NCBI RefSeq assembly: GCF_006345805.1
Contig: NC_043008.1
Location: forward strand, 36,580,001-36,644,000
Source of the DNA: Octopus sinensis
Lineage: Eukaryota
DNA length: 64,000 bases
Direction of reading: 5' to 3'
Positions within the stretch are counted from its first letter, which is position 1; every line of letters starts with the position of its first letter. Position numbers and translations under genes: made by a program. This document shows positions 27,821 to 39,849 of this stretch, one piece after another. The notes under the pieces are model-generated. The model was not told where the DNA came from. It was given only the letters and a program-made list of their open reading frames with translations, and searched no databases.

Positions 27821-27910
27821 ATTGGCGCGCGTGATCTATTGCAGGTGTACACTAATTTTTACGTAATTGCTACGTCACAGGTACGTCATTGCTACGTCAC
27901 TGCTACTTCA
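27821..27910. promoter_or_regulatory. CCAAT/E2F-like site followed by five 11-bp-phased TACGTCA-like motifs
   Basis: ATTGGCGCGC at 27821; TACGTAA/TACGTCA/TACTTCA at 27860, 27871, 27882, 27893 and 27904. Confidence 0.3.
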
Positions 27911-28347
27911 GACTTTCTGTCACAAACATTATCCACATGAATTTCACTGCATTGCGCAGTAGAGGTACTTCCCACAACAGCAAAGTCACCCTGTGCTACT
28001 TAACATATGGTTGGGGTAATATTTAAGAATTTTAGATAAACAGTCGAGATAATAGATTATAATAGTCATAGAATATTATAATATATATTTTCTATTCAGT
28101 TGTTATTGAAATTTGGAATGATAATGTTGAAAAAATGCAGAAAATGAATGAATGATGAGAGGCAGAAAAAGATAACACAGACAAACTCTCTGTATGATAA
28201 AAATAAAATTAGAGAGAAATCTAAAGCTTTAAGTCGTTCACCGCTGAAAGATCCATTTAATGATGTTGTTTATTTATTTTTTTATTTATTCAACAAATCC
28301 ACATTTTTCACTAGTGTAATCTTTTTTTTCCATCCTCCGCACGCTGC

Positions 28348-28388
<41 letters not shown>

Positions 28389-28413
28389 TCTCTCTATATC
28401 TATATATCTATCT

Positions 28414-28523
<110 letters not shown>

Positions 28524-28661
28524 TATATATATATATATATGATATATATTATATATATATATATATATATAATATATATATATATATATAATATATATAT
28601 ATATTATATATATATATATATAATATATATTATATATATGTTGTGTGTGTGTGTGTATATT

Positions 28662-28894
28662 CTTTTATTCATTTTTTTCAGTCATTTGATTGCGGCCAGC
28701 TGGAGCACCGCCTTTGGTCGAACAACAATCGACCCCAAGACTTATTTTTGTAAGTCTGCTTCTTATTTACTTATTTAACCAGTCTCTTGTCTGTTTGAAC
28801 CGCTATGTACGGGGCGTAAGGACACCAACATTGGTTGTCAAGCGATGGAGCAGGGACAAATACAGATACACAAATGCATACATATGTATGTATG

Positions 28895-28925
<31 letters not shown>

Positions 28926-29090
28926 ACGACGGGGCTCTTCCAGTTTCCATCTACTAAATCCACTCACAAGGCTTTGGTCGGCCCGGGGGTATAGTAGAAG
29001 ACATTTGCCCAAGGTGCTATGCAGTGGGACTGAACCCGGAACCATGTGGTTGGGAAGCAAGCTTCTTACAACACAGATACTCCTACGCCT
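28662..29090 (-). mobile_element. SINE family A
   Basis: Family match. Confidence 0.85.
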
Positions 29091-29107
29091 ATCTACGTAC
29101 ACACACA

Positions 29108-29184
<77 letters not shown>

Positions 29185-29870
29185 TATATATATATATACA
29201 AACATACATACATGCATACACGCACCTATATATATCATGCAAATTCATATATACATACATACATGTACACACGCGCACACTCATATTCATACATATGTCA
29301 TTTAGTTAGATCGAACATGATGAATTAACGAGGGACGGCATCATTTAATTCACGAAGATAGAGGAGGTTAGATTGCATATACTTTACTGATTATATATCG
29401 ATTTCCAATTTGAATATCAATAGATTATTGATTAGAAACAAACAATTCATTAACTAATTAATTAATTAATTAATTAGTAAACAAATGATATGTAGGCAGC
29501 TAATATTTGTATGTCTGTTCTGCGTCTCAGCGATCTAGTAGCAAAATAAGACAAAACAAAATTCGCAGGTAGGAAGAGTGTAAGATGTTCACATTTAGTT
29601 ATCGAGGTTACAATTTTGTGATCTGCAAAGTTAATTTGGACATGACAAATAATCAAGGACTCGGTTACCGGAAGTTGAACTTGTCATTCTCGGTATTAGA
29701 AACCTGAGAAATTGTATTAGCGAACTAATACATCGGGAATTGATGGAGACATCCAACAACAATCGATAGTGGGTCTCCTTAAAGAGAAGGATTACAGTAG
29801 ATACGATATGTTTTGACAAGTGTCTGGTAATAGGAAAGAGTAAATTTGGAAGAGCTAATAAGTATGTAGT

Positions 29871-29957
29871 GACGCCATTTTTGTGGTCTTCAGCCTGCGT
29901 GCGCAGAGTTGGATTCTTCCGGGAGGCCTGCCGGAAGTTCCCTCATGCGCATGTGCA
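29871..29957. promoter_or_regulatory. promoter-like motif cluster (YY1-, ETS- and NRF1-like)
   Basis: GACGCCATTTT at 29871, inverted ETS pair CTTCCGG-GAGGCCTG-CCGGAAG at 29916-29937, TGCGCATGTGCA at 29946-29957. Confidence 0.4.
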
Positions 29958-30794
29958 GAAAACTAGCAGCAGCAAAATTTCCTGTGCATCGATCTCTCTC
30001 GAGTGCTGACAGCCTAACAGGGAGGACGTGTTTTAGTAGCTCTCTCAAACTGTCACCTCGTGGCGTTGCTACACTATGCTTGAACGGACAGGATTTGGCT
30101 CACTCCACTTGATTACTGCGACGAGCTCCTAGGCTGCCGATTCGCACTGAAGAAGAATGTATATATTGCGAATCCAGAATAAAAATATTTATGCTGTTGA
30201 AAATATTCGGAAGTCTTGGCTTTTCCTTCGATTAATAATTTAATGTAAGGGATGAGAGCTGCACCCCTACAGTGTTACAGACCTTTCATCCTGTTACAAG
30301 TAGTTTAGAAGAGACTGTTAGGGGCAAAAAGGTAACGTCCGATTTGCTATCGTTGATAATGATGTTCGACTACGTTATCCGAGCTAAAGCCTATACTTCT
30401 AGACACGAAGGGGCGGAAGCCGTTTGATAGGCGCCATGTGACAGAAGCTCAACGTGGAAACGAAAATCAACATTCTTGGAACAAGTGTGCAGATTTTCGA
30501 TCATATTTTCTATACCTTTTTGGTGTGGTAAGGAGTGGACGTATTCGGCTGATTAAAATATATATTTTAGTGACAGAGGCAGTATTAATACCGTGAGTTA
30601 ATATTTAGCCACTCTTAAACGTGAATATTCTGAATAAACTACAAACCGAAAGCCAATATGATATTTTTCTCACGCAGTATACTTTGTTCTAGCAGAACAT
30701 CCACGTTTAAGTGGCGATAAACATTCGGCTGATGTATTTCCCCTTACCTCCGTTGTTGATATTTAGAAACAATGTCACTACATTCCTTCCGTTT

Positions 30795-31660
30795 CTCAAG
30801 AGTCCTAGATAGGGAGTGGGGAAGATGAACATCTCAAAAGGATAGACCAAATGATAACGATTAATAATTGAAAATAAACAATGGATATGTAATAAGTTTG
30901 TTGAGAGGTTTACGCGAACCTACTTGGACTGAATATCTACGTGTCCAAAATGAAATGCGTGGAGATGGCCCAAGTTCCACAGTGCACAGGAACCAATCCT
31001 GGTGAAACGCAGGAGGAGGTAAGTCCGTAGTCATTCCACAATTCCCGGAACCGCCGGGTGTCGCAAGATTCAGGCCCACACAGAATCACAAAACATCGTC
31101 GAGTAAAATGGTTTTAAGCTGAGGATGATTATGATGATGACGATGACGATGATGACGATGAAGAAGAGAAGGAGGAGGAGGAGGAGGTAGAGAAGGTGGA
31201 AGGGAAGAGGAGGAGAAAGATGAAGTGGAAGGGAAGGAAGAAGAGGAAGAGGAGCTGGAGGAAGGAGAAGGGAAGGAAGAAGAGGAAGAGGAGCAAGAGC
31301 ACCAGTTTGATAACGATGTTGGCAATCTCTTGGAAAGAACAGTCAAGGGTGATATCGATCATCGTCTCTAGGCAATGACCAGCATTATCATCAGTTTAGC
31401 GTGGGGGAGATTGGGACTGGAGGAGAAGAAAACATTATGAGTATTAGAGCCTTAAAACCCATCAACTCAAGTTGATCGACATTTACCTCAGAGCCATCTT
31501 CATTGATGATTTCAGAGACCAAGACCTAGAACAGTGCAGGTTCTTGATAAGTTCACTTGCACCAACTCTGGAATTTGAGAAGAAGCCCATCTGGAAAGAA
31601 ATCCTGGATGTGGTCAAGAAAGCAGTGATGAGTTCAGCCATAGGATCAAGTAAGGTACTT
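30795..31660 (+). mobile_element. decayed 5' part of a HERO/R2-like RLE non-LTR retrotransposon ORF
   Basis: GLNIYVSKMKC...TGTNPGETQEE...RRVKW, FDNDV...KGDIDHRL*AMTSIIISLAWGRLGLEEK, IDIYLRAIFIDDFRDQDL...PIWKEILDVVKKA; co-linear with the pre-RT region of this clade as recalled. Confidence 0.7.
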
Positions 31661-32060
31661 CTCAATTCAAATTTGCATTTTTTTATAGTATCCGAAAACT
31701 TCGATCAACAGATTTTATCGAAGTTATCTCCCTTGCCTATTGATGTTTGATCTTAAAACACTCCCAGAGGGAGCTTTTGTCTACAAACAGCTCGGATAAT
31801 TTCGATTGATTGAAGTTTCGTAATTCTTATTCCATTAAAATTTGAGATGGTCACTGTCGGAGCGCCTTTATCACAGACCCCCATCTTAGCAATATGATTA
31901 GACCGTGGATAAATCGAAGCCTTTTATATGTATATTTTTGACAACAAACCACAGCATATATAGATTAGAATTGGTTTTCTCAGACTTGTGAGCCTCCCTA
32001 ACTCCGAGTAACTACTCGGTCTGTCCATGTCTTAAACCGACAGTGTTTTTTTTATTTTAG

Positions 32061-32213
32061 GTTTATCTTGGAGCTTAATCTTGGAGATAAACGCAACAAC
32101 AACGCCTGAACTGTTTAACTTCTCATTCGCCCTACCATCTTCCTTTACGAAAAACATTCACCATGTACAACTAGAAAAGAAAGGAATCCTAATGGCAATA
32201 ACATATTCAGGAA
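32061..32213 (+). CDS. candidate symmetric phase-1 exon (G)LSWSLILEINATTTPELFNFSFALPSSFTKNIHHVQLEKKGILMAITYSG
   Basis: TTTTTTTTATTTTAG acceptor, GTAGGT donor, 153 nt, only one open frame. Confidence 0.45.
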
Positions 32214-32843
32214 GTAGGTTCGTGACAGTATTCTTATTAGCGTATATCAATGTTGGTTAAGAGATGAGCAATTTCTGTTCGCTGTAAAAATCACGCCATT
32301 TTGGATGATTGCCATTATTCAATAACAACGACAAAAATATATTGACCCTCAGTCAATGAGATTTACCTCAATAATTTCCAAAATAAGTAGTGATTTAATA
32401 GAAATCTGGATATCTCGATCTTCTTGATAGTATTATGGACTTCTATCTGGATTTATTGCAAGACTATACATACATATACACATACATACATATATATACA
32501 TATAAATGTATGTATATACATAAGAATGATTTTATGTATATATGTATGCATGTACGTGTACTTATAAATATATACATGTGTATATATGTATATGTATATA
32601 TGTATGCGTATAATTATACATGTGTATATATATATATGTGTGTGTGTATACATACATACGTACGTACGTACGTGCATACATATATACATACATACGTACG
32701 TTCGTACATACATACATATATATATACATTCATACATACATACATACGTACGTACGTACGTACGTACATACATACATACATATATTCTTTCATGCATACA
32801 TACATACGTACGTACGTACATACATACATACATACATACATAC

Positions 32844-32874
<31 letters not shown>

Positions 32875-33139
32875 CATACATTCATACATACATACATAAT
32901 ACATACATACATACATACATACACGTCCTACAAATCTTGGAAACAATAATACATGAACAAATATATACCTATCTGAATTTATTATATACGCACATAAATA
33001 AATAAAAGAAACAAGAAAATGCATAAAAAAATATTATTATTTCTAAGAATTTTTCTCTTTTCCTCACTGAATAATTCTCATCCGAACAGTGTGTAATAAG
33101 CTGTTACTAAACTTCATTAGTGCAACACAGTTTAGCTCT

Positions 33140-33355
33140 CTCTAGTAAACAATGTCTGCGGGTCACCGTTTGATCTCCTAGAAATAGTAACAAAATCTTC
33201 CTCAAATCACGTCTTACCGTTTAGAAAACGAAAAGGAAGCATTAGATAATATCGCCTGAATTTCCCATTGACAAGACACGATGGTCCTGCATAGAAAAAC
33301 AGCCTTTGATCATTGACTCTTTTCGATAAGCGCCTGAACTGGGGCTAAACAAAAA
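33140..33355 (+). repeat. dispersed repeat family C (unclassified SINE or LINE tail)
   Basis: The motif GTCAC...CTAGAAATAG...AAATC...TTAGATAAT recurs at about 620-735, 42470-42520, 56830-57030 (-) and 62130-62390. Confidence 0.5.
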
Positions 33356-33630
33356 GATTAAGAGAAGTATATAAAGAGATTAATGCTTTAATGCTGAAGG
33401 AGAAAGGATCTAAGGGTCCTGGCAAGTAGAGACCGTGTAGTAGTTTAAAGTTCTGGCTACTTACCTCCTCCTCCTCCAATCATCATCATCATCATCCTCA
33501 TCATCATCATCGTCGTCGTCATCATCATCATCATCATCATCATCAACATCATCATCATCATCATCAACAACATCATCTATCCAATCCTTCCAGTCACAAA
33601 TGCGATCCCACCATTTAATTTCCTTTATAG

Positions 33631-33648
33631 CCTATGGCATCCCGACAG
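33631..33648 (+). CDS. candidate 18-nt microexon (xCC TAT GGC ATC CCG ACA G; YGIPT)
   Basis: TTTCCTTTATAG acceptor and CAG|GTAAGT donor; phase 1-1, compatible with 32061-32213. Confidence 0.3.
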
Positions 33649-34302
33649 GTAAGTTTAATTTGCGAAAGAGGAAAACTGATCATCAACCGTTATTGATCTC
33701 ATTGGATCAGACTCAAATGACAGAAGGCATTGTCCCACTCTTCGTTCATTTATTTATTTCTTTTAAAGAAATCGATATATTTGTATCTTTTAACACAATG
33801 CCGGCAGTTGTAAGTTGGAAGACGATTGCATTGATGCCAGTGCTTAACTGCTCCTTATTTCATCAGCACCAGGAGGAAGAAAGGTAAAGTCAATCTCTGG
33901 GGATTTAAATGTAAAGAACCGGAAGAAAAGCCGCCAGCCACTTTGCATGATGCTGTACCGATTCTGCTAGTTCGCGTCTTAAATAAAACAATAATAAAAC
34001 TTATGTCAGTGATGTCACAGATGGAATTTCAGATGTTTTGTATAGACGCAAACGTAGCTGTGTGGTTAAGAAGCTTGTTTCCCAGCTATGTGGTCATGTG
34101 GTCAGTCTCAGAGCGTGGTACTGGATAGGTGTCTTCTAAAGTTATGGGCCAACTAAAGCCTTGTCTTTGGATTTGGGAGATGAAACTAAAAGAAACCTGA
34201 CGCATATATCATATACGTATATATTTGTGCGTGTCTTTGTGCTTGAGTTTTTTTTTTTTTTAAGAAATTAAAAATAACGTTAACATTTTACGGAAAAAAT
34301 AA

Positions 34303-34690
34303 GGCAGCGAGCTGGTAGAATCGTTAGCACGCCACGCAAAACGTTTAGCAACATTTCATACATCTTTACGTTTTGAGTTCAAATTCCGCCGAAGTCCACT
34401 ATGCCTTACGTTCTTTCGGGGTCGATAAAATAAGTGCTAGTTGAATACTGGAGTCAATATAATCGACTGTTCCCTTTGCCCCGAAATTGAAACTAATATG
34501 TTACAGAAAAAAATGATGCGGCGAGCGGACAGAATCTTCAGTACGTAACCAGACAAAATGCTTTGCGGCATTTCATCCGTCTTTATGTTATGAGTTTAAA
34601 TACCGGTGAGGAAGATTTTGCCTATCGAAGTCGAATAATATAAATACCAGTTGCGTACTGGTGGTCGATGTAATCAACTGCCCCCCCTCT
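34303..34690 (+). mobile_element. two tandem SINE family B copies
   Basis: Family heads at about 34303 and 34515. Confidence 0.7.
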
Positions 34691-34973
34691 TTGACCCGAA
34701 CTTGCTACGTTTCTACATTTCACTTAGTGAGATTTTGAACAACCTTTTTGGTATAAGAAAAAGGGAAGGTGAAGGTTTGCGAAGTTATATAAATGCTTTT
34801 AAAAAGGGGCTTTCTTAGCAAACTTCAACATATTTCCCTTATTAAAAGTTACCAAGAAGTAAAGACTTCCTAATAGCTATGCAATTTCGGGTACCGTGAC
34901 ATAGCGTGACATTTTGGTCCAGTATATTTTACCTCTGGGTAAAGGTAAACTGAGTGAACTTCGTCGGATGGGC

Positions 34974-35648
34974 TGTACCCGTAATCCAAAAGGCAAAACT
35001 TGTCACATACTGATGGATGGTACCGGTAATCCAAAGGGCAAAACTTGTCACACACTGATAGAATGTACCCGTAATCCAAAGGGCAAAACTTGTCACATAC
35101 TGATGGATGGTACCGGTAATCCAAAGGGCAAAACTTGTCACACACTGATAGAATGTACCCGTAATCCAAAGGGCAAAACTTGTCACACACTGATAGAATG
35201 TACCCGTAATCCAAAGGGCAAAACTTGTCACATACTGATGGATGGTACCGGTAATCTAAAGGGCAAAACTTGTCACACACTGATAGAATGTACCCGTAAT
35301 CCAAAGGGCAAAACTTGTCACACACTGATAGAATGTACCCGTAATCCAAAGGACAAAACTTGTCACTCGTTGATGGAGTATACTCGTAATCCAAAGGACA
35401 AAACTGGTCACATGCTGATGGAGTGTACCCGTAATCCAAAGGGCAAAATTTGTCACACACTGATGGAATGTACCCGTAATCCAAAGGGCAAAACTTGTCA
35501 CATGCTGATGGATGGTACCCGTAATCCAAAGGACAAAACTTGTCACTCGCTGATGGAGTATACTCGTAATCCAAAGGACAAAACTGGTCACATGCTGATG
35601 GAGTGTACCCATAATCCAAAGGGCAAAATTTGTCACACGCTGGAGTGT
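34974..35648. repeat. 45-bp minisatellite, about 15 copies
   Basis: Unit TGTACCCGTAATCCAAAGGGCAAAACTTGTCACACACTGATAGAA, with variants arranged in higher-order blocks. Confidence 0.95.
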
Positions 35649-35927
35649 CTTGCGATCCAAAGGGCAGCAGATGCTGTCGGTGGATTACGTGGAGAGTGAA
35701 AGTGTTTCTGGAATACTCATCAATATGAGATTCCAGAAGCTTTGATACTTTTTTTAAGCGAGGCAGTTATAACTGTCCTGGATTATTGTAATTTTAGTAT
35801 ATCATTACTATACATCAAATAAGCTGACCTGCCAACTTTTGTTATTCCAAATTGAAGGAGACGGATGTAACAGCACTTAAAACACATCATCCTAAACACA
35901 ATTTGTCACAGCTGACTAGATTGCAGA

Positions 35928-36075
35928 ATGCAGTCGGAACGTGAAGAAAATTTGGAAACTCGTTATGCAACAAAGATTTGTGTTAAACTGGGCAAAAATG
36001 CCATGGAACCTTATGAAATGTTCCAGACTGCTTATGGAGAAACTTATATGAGTTATTCTGTTGTGTCTGGGGAGA
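35928..36075 (+). mobile_element. mariner transposase N-terminal fragment
   Basis: MQSEREENLETRYATKICVKLGKNAMEPYEMFQTAYGE resembles the mariner RYAIKFCxKLGKxAxETxxML motif. Confidence 0.65.
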
Positions 36076-36115
36076 GTCATTTTTTGTGCCTTATAATGTA
36101 ACACACTCACCGGTA

Positions 36116-36298
36116 AAATTTTCACTTTTTTTTCTCATTTTTATTTTCCTAAAATTTTCGTTGCATCTTGCAACCTTTTCAATACTTTTTCATTAGTCTT
36201 GACTCTCAGAGAGTCAAGACTATTGAAAAGGTTGCAAGACGCAACGAAAATTTTAGGAAAATAAAAATAAGGAAAAAAGTGGAAATTTCTTTTTATAA
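36116..36298. repeat. about 180-bp palindrome with a 1-nt centre
   Basis: Centre GACTCTC-A-GAGAGTC at 36208; the arms pair out to AAATTTTCACTTTTTT / AAAAAAGTGGAAATTT. Confidence 0.9.
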
Positions 36299-37586
36299 GG
36301 CACAAAAAGAAAAGGACTCTCCCCAGACACAACAGAATATGCTTCAACACACGAACTCATATAAAGAATTTTGCAAACCAAATCCCAAACGAAATTATAT
36401 GAGTTAAGCATCAGTTTTTCGTTAGCACAAGAGGTTCAAGGACAGTGAAGAAAAGGTGAGAAACGATGAGACGTGCCACACACAAATACGACGCACGCGC
36501 AAACACACACTCATACACCCGCGCACGTGCGCACGCGCACACGCATTTATAGATTTCATTTGGGTATTAATCTTGGAGTTTATATGTTTAAGGTCATTTT
36601 ACAGATCATATTTCCGAAACTCTGTAATATCCGTAGAATTAATGCAATTAATGAATGAGAAAATTGTTTAATTACATAAATTTATAAGTGTTTCACCAAC
36701 ATTCAAACTCAAGAATATTGCTGTATCATTATATAATATATGCAACCATAAACTGAAGGTGTGTCAATATACCGATTTATCGAATACCAGCTCATCAGAA
36801 TTCCGTGTATAATACATTTGCTACAGAAAACTTGTATTTTCACGAATTTATACATATAGCTAGTAGATGTGTTTATTCAAATACATTTGTATATCACAAA
36901 TAAAACCAAGAGAATAAGAATAATAAGTACTGAATAACCCACAATATAAATCCATTGAGCAATACACTGGGGAACAGAGGAAAAGATCAATATTAAATGA
37001 TAGAATAAGCAAGTAGATAATATCGTTTTCGGTCTCCAGAAATGTATGTATCGCATGGCTAGGTAATAGTTTATGCGTTTTTAATTATTCTTTCATATGA
37101 CAGACTTCTACAGACATAGTTTTTGTAGGTCTGTAAGATGTATCGACCGCTTGTAAATTTGTCAACAGAGAGGTTAGGTGCCAGCCACTATTAAATCGAA
37201 CGGCCGCACTCGTGCGCGCACTTAAACGTCTGAATATGTACTGATGTGGGATATAGACAAAGATAGACAATTCATGTGGTAATTCGCACGTCTCACAAAC
37301 TAATGAGAGGAAGAGAGTTGTAAAAGAAATTTCTCTGCTCTGAGACCTGAATTATAATTTCCGTGCTAATTCATGAACATAACAAATTAAACACCTGAAA
37401 TATGAAAATACAAAAACATTTTTGCATTCATCGTAATTAACTCAGAACATTCCACTGTAAGTCAATTTACTGAATATACGCATATTAATTTATAGATACA
37501 GATATAAATCATGCAAACATAAATATATAGACATATAAATATACATGCATACATATATATATAGACATATAAATATACATGCATAC

Positions 37587-37643
<57 letters not shown>

Positions 37644-37762
37644 ATAAAAAACGGTAAGACAGCAAAAGAAAGAGACCTCTATTTACATAATATCGAGGTC
37701 TCTTTCTTTCTTTTGCTGTCTTACCAGATACATTCCTCTATTTATATATGTTTGTATATATA

Positions 37763-37814
<52 letters not shown>

Positions 37815-37818
<4 letters not shown>

Positions 37819-37975
37819 TTGAAATTTATAGAGAAACAAAAGACGAAAACAGGTGCATGAGCAACAAGCAAGTGTATTAGTTTAACGCTCGGGAAAAGTG
37901 AAAACGTCTTTCACGTTTCGAGCCTATGCTTTCAACAGAAAAGAATAAAATGAAATAAACTGAAAGAGAATGAAA
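37815..37975 (-). mobile_element. Penelope-type short repeat carrying a minimal hammerhead-like motif (copy 1)
   Basis: Homologous to 47878-48050. Minus strand TTTT CTGTTGA A AGC ATAG GCTC GAAACGTG AAAG (degenerate). Confidence 0.55.
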
Positions 37976-38127
37976 AAAAAAAAAAACAACGTATTGAGTT
38001 CAGCGGTCCAGCATGGTAATGACTGGGGAAAAAAAGAGGATGAAAGGGAGATAATAATAGAAAAAAGAGGTTGAATGAAAGGGCGATAATAATAGTGCTA
38101 GTGATCCCAACAAGAGAAGTTTATAAG

Positions 38128-38221
<94 letters not shown>

Positions 38222-38231
38222 TGTATGTATG

Positions 38232-38262
<31 letters not shown>

Positions 38263-39558
38263 ATAAGCTTATACCCCACCATGTGTTTGTATGTGTATGT
38301 GCACGCGCGCGTAACGAAAACGATATTGAAGCAATGGCAAGTAACTGAATAACAAGACGAATGAGTATGATAAATATAATACATGATATATTCTAGATTT
38401 ATTGAAATTATCGCCGCTTCTAGAGATGTCGGACCACTCGTTAGTGGTTAGTACATTGTCCAAATGGGAAGGCAAGGTAATAATTCTCATGAATCAATAA
38501 TTCACCAGAATCGACAAATCGTTATTTACATTAATCTGAGACGCAACTTTAGTTAAATCTTGCCTTATTTCATGCCTCTTAGTATTTATTCGACATGTCA
38601 CTTGTTTCGTGTAAAATTTAACGTTTAATTAAATTTACTGCCAGCGAAAGCTCTGATGTTACTAAAACGGAAATTTTCAATTAGCTCTAACTGATGAGCT
38701 TATAAAGCCATTAATTGTTTATTTCTCTGTCGGAAGATTATGTATATCTGATCTCTGAAGAAAACTGCTACCATATGTTTAATTAGATCGCAGAGATGTA
38801 ATCTTATCTCGACAGAAAAAATGTGGCATTTTGACGTACAAGATGTTAGAAATCTAAAATTCAATCTGAAATATTCTTCAAGTGCAAACATATGAGCTAA
38901 TCCTTTTTGGAAATGTTTGAAATATAGACAGAAATCACTCGGCTGATATCGACTAACCTCCATCGATAACAACTTGGAAAAATGCCTTCTACTATAAGCT
39001 TAGATTAATTGATGCTTAGTGATTGAAATCTAATAGATGTAAACTACAGAGGAGCGTTGTAGAGATCAACCACTGTATCCTTTATGATGTTGTTAGTTCT
39101 ACCAAGACATTTATAAACATTAGTTAAGCAAGTGGAGATAAGAGCATTATAACCGGATTTCATACAATTTTAATCATTACGATTACTTGATCAAACAACA
39201 GTTTGGGTCATCTTTGATATAGCAGAGTAGAAAAATTTCAGTTTTGTTTAATATATTTTGTTATATCAGTGTCGTAGAAGAAAATGCTTACGAAGTAAAG
39301 AAAACATATCATGGCTGTATGAGTCACTACTTCAATGTTGTAAGGAGTATTATACCAAGAAGTGTTTCTAAGCTATTTCTGTCGCTGTCCACTCTGTTTG
39401 AAGGTGAGATATATAATATTTTAATAAGGCTTTTCTTAAATCTTCTAATATAATGCAAGGAATGATAATGTTTTTCATTCATTGCTTCGCAAGGAATTCT
39501 CAGAAATATATTCTTAACTTAAATCTTAAGTATCGATCTGTATTCTACTTATCGAACT

Positions 39559-39663
<105 letters not shown>

Positions 39664-39849
39664 ATCTATCTGTTTGTCTGTCTGTCTATCTATCTTTCTA
39701 TCTATCGATCGATCGATCTATCTGTCTGTCCGCCTGTCTGTCTTCTGTCTGCCTGTCTGTTTGTCTGTTTCACACACACACACACTCTCTCTCTCTCTAT
39801 CTCTGTATATATATATATATATATATATATACATGCATATATGGCTGCA

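Noticed and set aside
29865-30270. Solo LTR bounded by TGTAG…CTACA
   Set aside because: No target-site duplication at the proposed ends.
38641-38705. CAGC-GAAAGCT…AGCTC-taa-CTGATGA-GCT as a type II hammerhead
   Set aside because: Only 3 nt lie between the cleavage site and the core, so stem I cannot form; likely chance.
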